A stretch of DNA of 60,582 nt, the filler included. It is 9 parts of 9 records of this genome, joined end to end, with 100 filler letters (N's around TTAATTAATTAA, not from the genome) between each part and the next. Parts side by side here need not be neighbours in the genome. Positions count along the whole stretch, not along the records: positions 55,469 to 60,582 come from SRR31156797_31603; 8 more parts are not named here. One strand, given 5' to 3'. The translations under genes were made by a program, and so were the position numbers. The notes beneath the pieces were generated by a model. It was not told the origin of the DNA. It saw only the letters and a program-made list of their open reading frames with translations, and did no database searches. Positions within the stretch are counted from its first letter, which is position 1; every line of letters begins with the position of its first letter. This document shows, piece by piece, positions 56,292-60,582 of the stretch.

Positions 56292-57176
56292 ATGAACCGT
56301 AAACTGATTCTTACCCTCATTGCAGTAATTCTTTGTGGGAGTGCATTTAGCCAAGTCGTTAAATATCGCATTGGCGGAAACTATGGAAAATTTAATAATG
56401 AAATAGGTTCCGAAGAAGTTGAGCATCCGCTAATTCCTGTATTGTCCAATCCCGACGCAACAGATTTTAGCCATGTTTTTGAACCCGGATTCGATGCGGA
56501 AGTGATGCTTTTGTGGTCGCCAAATATTGAAACCGGTATTGAATTCGAGTATACCAGTTTTTCAGGAACAAACGATCTTCCTCCATATTACAACTATTAT
56601 TTTGCTCCGGAAAATCCATCGGTAATTACAACCACCGAACCATTAATGTACGAATCTTCGGCAATAAATTTATTGGCAAACTTCAGGTACTATTTTGCAC
56701 CCGACGGAGGTGTAAATCCATTTTTTAAAGTTTTTGCCGGAATTTCTATGGTTGGTGCAGAATTTAATTATGCCGATCAAACATTTATTACAGAAAATGA
56801 AACCGACATTTTATATGCCATGGGTACATCAAACAGCGACGATCCAAGAGAAACTGCTTTAATGTACGGAGCAGGCGCAGGTTTTGATTTTGCCCTGTCA
56901 GAAAATATGTCGATTTATATTGACGGAACAGCCGGAATAATTAATTCTGATAAAGTGGATGGAATTCCCAATTACGATTATTTAAATAATGACGGGCAGG
57001 AAACGTTAAAACCTGTTGGCAATAAAGCTTTTGTTGCACAAATAAGCCTTGGGCTTGTTTTTACCTCGAAAACCGATTTAGGATTAAATAAAAACGCGGG
57101 TAAAAACAAAAAAGGAAGTGGTGTGAAACGAACCGGAAGAACAACTCCATGGAGACCGTTCTACCGCCAAAAATAA
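56292..57176 (+). CDS. Outer-membrane beta-barrel protein
   Basis: Signal peptide, alternating beta-strand pattern, YGAGAGFDF. Confidence 0.7.
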   Translation: MNRKLILTLIAVILCGSAFSQVVKYRIGGNYGKFNNEIGSEEVEHPLIPVLSNPDATDFSHVFEPGFDAEVMLLWSPNIETGIEFEYTSFSGTNDLPPYYNYYFAPENPSVITTTEPLMYESSAINLLANFRYYFAPDGGVNPFFKVFAGISMVGAEFNYADQTFITENETDILYAMGTSNSDDPRETALMYGAGAGFDFALSENMSIYIDGTAGIINSDKVDGIPNYDYLNNDGQETLKPVGNKAFVAQISLGLVFTSKTDLGLNKNAGKNKKGSGVKRTGRTTPWRPFYRQK

Positions 57177-57261
57177 ACAACCAATAACATTTAATCAATC
57201 TAATTTATGGTCTGAATTATTTAGATTATAATTCAAGGTATTACCAGATTTTAGAATATAC

Positions 57262-57297
57262 AAAAAAGCGGTGGATTAAATCCACCGCTTTTCTTTT
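57262..57297 (+). terminator. Intrinsic terminator
   Basis: AAGCGGTGGA-ttaaa-TCCACCGCTT + T run. Confidence 0.85.
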
Positions 57298-57495
57298 AAA
57301 AGACAAACAACTTATGACCTTTTTCACTTTGTATAAATAAACAACCAAACCAATCAACCCCTTAAGTCTTCAATAGAAATTAAAGCAAATTTATCATACA
57401 AAGTCACCTGAAAATACGCAACCACAGCCCTTTGGGTTTCAGAAAAAGATGGTTTTAACAAATATTAACCGGTAGCCTGCGCGCATCTCCTTAAT

Positions 57496-57528
57496 TAAAA
57501 AGCTACCCGTTTATTGAGTAGCTTTTTA
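57496..57528 (-). terminator. Intrinsic terminator (bidirectional-type)
   Basis: TAAAAAGCTAC...GTAGCTTTTTA. Confidence 0.75.
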
Positions 57529-57547
57529 TTATTTTATGAAACAATTT

Positions 57548-58465
57548 TCAATCGAGAGCAGCAAAAGCTTTTTCAAGTAAAACCTTAGTTGCGATAATAC
57601 CATCTCTTTCCGACAATTCGCTGCCTTCGTACTCTACATCAACGAAGCCAGTATAACCTGCATCTTTAACAATCCTCATCATTCTGTAAAAGTCAATCTC
57701 AGTCTCATTCCCTTCGGCATCGAAATTATGCGATTTCCCACTTACGCCTTTTGCAAAAGGCATTAAAAGTTCCATCCCTTTATATTTATCATACTCTTCT
57801 CCTGTTTGTCGGTTAATTACAAAATTTCCAAAATCGGGTAAAGTCCCTACCCTTTTATGGTCTACCATTTTCATAACACCGGCTAACCATTCACCATTGC
57901 TCGATAAACCACCGTGATTTTCCACAATTACATTAATATTTTGTGTATCGCCATATTCACACAACATTCGTAAACCATCGGCGGCTAATTTTTGCTGTTC
58001 TTCGTACGTTCCACTACTTCCGGCATTTACACGAATTGAATGACAGCCAAGAAATGCCGCAGCATCAACCCATCTTTTATGATTTTCAACTGTTTTTTCA
58101 CGTTCAGCTTTTTCAGGATGACCAACTTGTCCTTCGCCATCGCACATAATCAATACATTCTCAACGCCTTCATTTTTTGCAATTTTTTTAAGCTCAGCCA
58201 AATATTTTTCATCTTTCGCTTTGTCTTTAAAAAACTGATTTACATATTCCACGCCTTCTATGCCAAGTTCTCGTGTAACCACCGGAAAATCAAGGTTTGT
58301 CATTTCGTTGGCAAAAAGTGCCTTATGAAAAGACCACTCGGCCAGCGAAATTCTAAAATCCGATTTTTTAGTAACCATTCCTGCAACCACAGGAGATACC
58401 AGCATTGTTCCTGCTGAAGCTGCTACCGTGGTTTTTATAAAACCTCTTCGATTCAAATTTTTCAT
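57548..58465 (-). CDS. Tat-exported sugar phosphate isomerase/epimerase (AP endonuclease 2 TIM barrel)
   Basis: NRRGFIK Tat motif, ISLAEWS, VENHGG, LPDFGNF, VEYEG. Confidence 0.9.
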   Translation of the reverse strand: MKNLNRRGFIKTTVAASAGTMLVSPVVAGMVTKKSDFRISLAEWSFHKALFANEMTNLDFPVVTRELGIEGVEYVNQFFKDKAKDEKYLAELKKIAKNEGVENVLIMCDGEGQVGHPEKAEREKTVENHKRWVDAAAFLGCHSIRVNAGSSGTYEEQQKLAADGLRMLCEYGDTQNINVIVENHGGLSSNGEWLAGVMKMVDHKRVGTLPDFGNFVINRQTGEEYDKYKGMELLMPFAKGVSGKSHNFDAEGNETEIDFYRMMRIVKDAGYTGFVDVEYEGSELSERDGIIATKVLLEKAFAALD

Positions 58466-58497
58466 ATTAGATAGTTTAAATTAGTATTTATTCATTT

Positions 58498-59622
58498 CTA
58501 TATTCTGAAGAATATTTTTTTTCGGTATAAGTAATAACAAAGCAACCATTCAAAAGTTAAAACTAAAAGCGATGTTATTAACGCAATTAAAAATTCAGGC
58601 GCATTCATCCAATTTAAAACACCTCCTGTGAAAATGGCTATAAAACCATTAAACCATTGTATGCCTATAGTATTAAAAAACAGATATATAAAAATTGGAT
58701 TCATTCCAACAATTACAAAAGGAAATATCCATTTATTTATTTTTTTAACATCGATAAACCAGTAACAAAAAGCCAACACCAGCAGTGCCCAGCCTCCTGA
58801 AGCCAATACAAACGACGATGTACAAATACGCTTTATAATTGGCGTAACAGAAGTCCAATCGAGCAAATATCCAGACATTAGAGCAACTAATCCGGCTCCT
58901 GCAATAAGCTGTATTTTTTTATAACTGTTTTTGTCTGACATTAAGATTTTACCGGCTACAACTCCCCAGATAGTATGCGCTGCAGTTGGAATAAAATTAA
59001 TGGCTACCCAACCCCCTCCTGAATTTATTTTACCCATTAACATCAAATCCATCCAACTCCCGAAATTGTGATCTTTTACAAACGGCTGATTAAATCCTTC
59101 CAAAGGGAAAAAACGATAAGCCATTTCGGTAACCAGCAACAATCCAACAGACGCTAAAATCTGAACCGAAAGTTTATAATTCATTAAAAAATAAGCGATT
59201 AAAATTGTTACCGACAGTTGTGACAAAACATTCCAAAGTTCCCAAACCAATTTTCTGCTGTACCCACAATGTAATCCTACACCAAAAGCTAGCAAAATTA
59301 TACAACGTTGAATAATATGTTTGGTAATTTTACTTTTTGAATCGCCACGTTTTATGCGTTTTGCATACGAAAATGGCATTGCCACACCCACGATAAACAT
59401 AAAAAATGGTTGTACTAAATCCCAAAAACGAAGCCCGTTCCACTGATGATGATGAAACTGTTGAAAAAAAGGTTCAAGGAAAGTACCTGCAACAGGTTCC
59501 TGAATAAGAACATGCCAAAGTGATGCTCCCTCGGCAACCAATAAAAACATGGTTATTCCCCGAAAAAAATCGAGCGAAAGCAATCGTTCACCAGAAAATG
59601 AATCTTTGAAATTTAACTTCAT
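58498..59622 (-). CDS. Heparan-alpha-glucosaminide N-acetyltransferase-like membrane protein (DUF5009/NagX-like)
   Basis: RLLSLDFFRG, DLVQPFFMFIVG, PIIKRICTSSF, GMNPIFIY. Confidence 0.88.
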   Translation of the reverse strand: MKLNFKDSFSGERLLSLDFFRGITMFLLVAEGASLWHVLIQEPVAGTFLEPFFQQFHHHQWNGLRFWDLVQPFFMFIVGVAMPFSYAKRIKRGDSKSKITKHIIQRCIILLAFGVGLHCGYSRKLVWELWNVLSQLSVTILIAYFLMNYKLSVQILASVGLLLVTEMAYRFFPLEGFNQPFVKDHNFGSWMDLMLMGKINSGGGWVAINFIPTAAHTIWGVVAGKILMSDKNSYKKIQLIAGAGLVALMSGYLLDWTSVTPIIKRICTSSFVLASGGWALLVLAFCYWFIDVKKINKWIFPFVIVGMNPIFIYLFFNTIGIQWFNGFIAIFTGGVLNWMNAPEFLIALITSLLVLTFEWLLCYYLYRKKIFFRI

Positions 59623-59745
59623 TTATTATGGTTTAGCCGGTTTATCTTCAAATGTAATAAAAATTAAGAATTATAATAACAGGCATTTTTCTGTATTAAA
59701 CATTTTTCTGTAACTTGAATAAGAATAAAATTTAATAGAATTATT

Positions 59746-60561
59746 ATGAATGAAAATTATCAGGAATATTTAGACAAAGCTTCCGATTTAGTTGTCACTT
59801 ACGGGATGAAAATAGTTATGGCCATAGTTATTTTAATTATAGGATTATGGATCATAAAAAGGGTTGAAAAAGCCACTGCCCGGGTAATGGAAAAAAGAGA
59901 TATAAATGTATCTCTCCGTGGTTTTCTGAAAAGCCTGTTTGGCATTCTTCTAAAGGTGCTCCTTCTAATTAGTATCGCCGAAATGGTTGGCATAAAAACC
60001 ACATCATTTATTGCAATTATTGGAGCTGCCGGATTGGCTGTTGGATTGGCGCTTCAAGGAACTTTGGCGAATTTTGCCGGAGGAGTAATGATATTGCTGT
60101 TTAAACCATTTAAAGTGGGCGATTTAATTGAATCGCAAGGACATTTAGGCGTGGTTAAAGAGATACATATTTTTGTTACTATACTATTGTCGCCGCAAAG
60201 CAAAACAATTATTCTTCCTAATTCGGCAGTGTCGAGCAGCGATATTGTCAACTATACCACCGAAGGAATTATTCGGGTTGATATGACTTTTGGTATTTCT
60301 TATGAATCGAATATAAAAGATGCCAAAGATGTATTGATGAAAATATTAACCAGCCACCCAAAAGTGTTAAAAGATCCGGCTCCGTTTATTGGAGTTTCCG
60401 AGTTGGCCGATAGTTCAGTAAACCTGGCTGTTCGTCCATATGCAAATCCTACTGATTACTGGGATGTATATTTTAAAGTTTATGAAGAAGGAAAAATTGC
60501 ACTCGATAAAGCTGGAATTACTATTCCATTTCCACAAGTCGATGTGCATATGGATAACTAA
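59746..60561 (+). CDS. mscS: Small-conductance mechanosensitive channel
   Basis: GAAGLAVGLALQGTLANFAGG, KPFKVGD, PN, IPFPQVDVH. Confidence 0.95.
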   Translation: MNENYQEYLDKASDLVVTYGMKIVMAIVILIIGLWIIKRVEKATARVMEKRDINVSLRGFLKSLFGILLKVLLLISIAEMVGIKTTSFIAIIGAAGLAVGLALQGTLANFAGGVMILLFKPFKVGDLIESQGHLGVVKEIHIFVTILLSPQSKTIILPNSAVSSSDIVNYTTEGIIRVDMTFGISYESNIKDAKDVLMKILTSHPKVLKDPAPFIGVSELADSSVNLAVRPYANPTDYWDVYFKVYEEGKIALDKAGITIPFPQVDVHMDN

Positions 60562-60582
60562 ACCACTATGCACTGGAAGTAC

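Overview
This window is not one genomic locus. It is nine unrelated contigs joined by eight identical 100-bp linkers (44 N + TTAATTAATTAA + 44 N), and the gene content suggests an anoxic sediment metagenome. Taxonomic labels below are inferred from gene style and composition only. (1) 1-5484, Planctomycetota-like: Nat-type ABC exporter, PAS/GAF/receiver protein, pyruvate kinase, CapK-like ligase. (2) 5585-12313, FCB-group-like: secreted C25 and C1 cysteine peptidases, murQ, LysE, M55 peptidase. (3) 12414-23343, Desulfobacteraceae-like: prmA, ftsE-ftsX-envC-S41-yibQ, queD, dnaJ, menG/ubiE, and a surface-protein patch where a c-di-GMP-I riboswitch precedes a VPLPA/PEP-CTERM gene. (4) 23444-28477, Bacteroidota housekeeping. 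(5) 28578-34007, a satellite-like element integrated at tRNA-Met. (6) 34108-40471, Desulfobacterota-like: anchor-less sdhAB, solo Cas4-like nuclease, Pit transporter. (7) 40572-45708, very AT-rich: TetR + two paralogous exported NTF2-like proteins + SDR, with three shared operators and two repeat families. (8) 45809-55368, Desulfobacterota-like: LarA-superfamily gene with lutABC, ftsK, rnj. (9) 55469-60582, Bacteroidota housekeeping. The best candidate for an undescribed system is contig 5. It carries two adjacent primase-family genes: a Prim-Pol whose catalytic DxD reads NxN, and a primase/Cys-cluster/SF3 helicase fusion. These are followed by a candidate origin with inverted iterons and an IHF site. 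The TetR/NTF2-like/SDR regulon in contig 7 is the second candidate. All family calls are by motif recognition; no searches were run.
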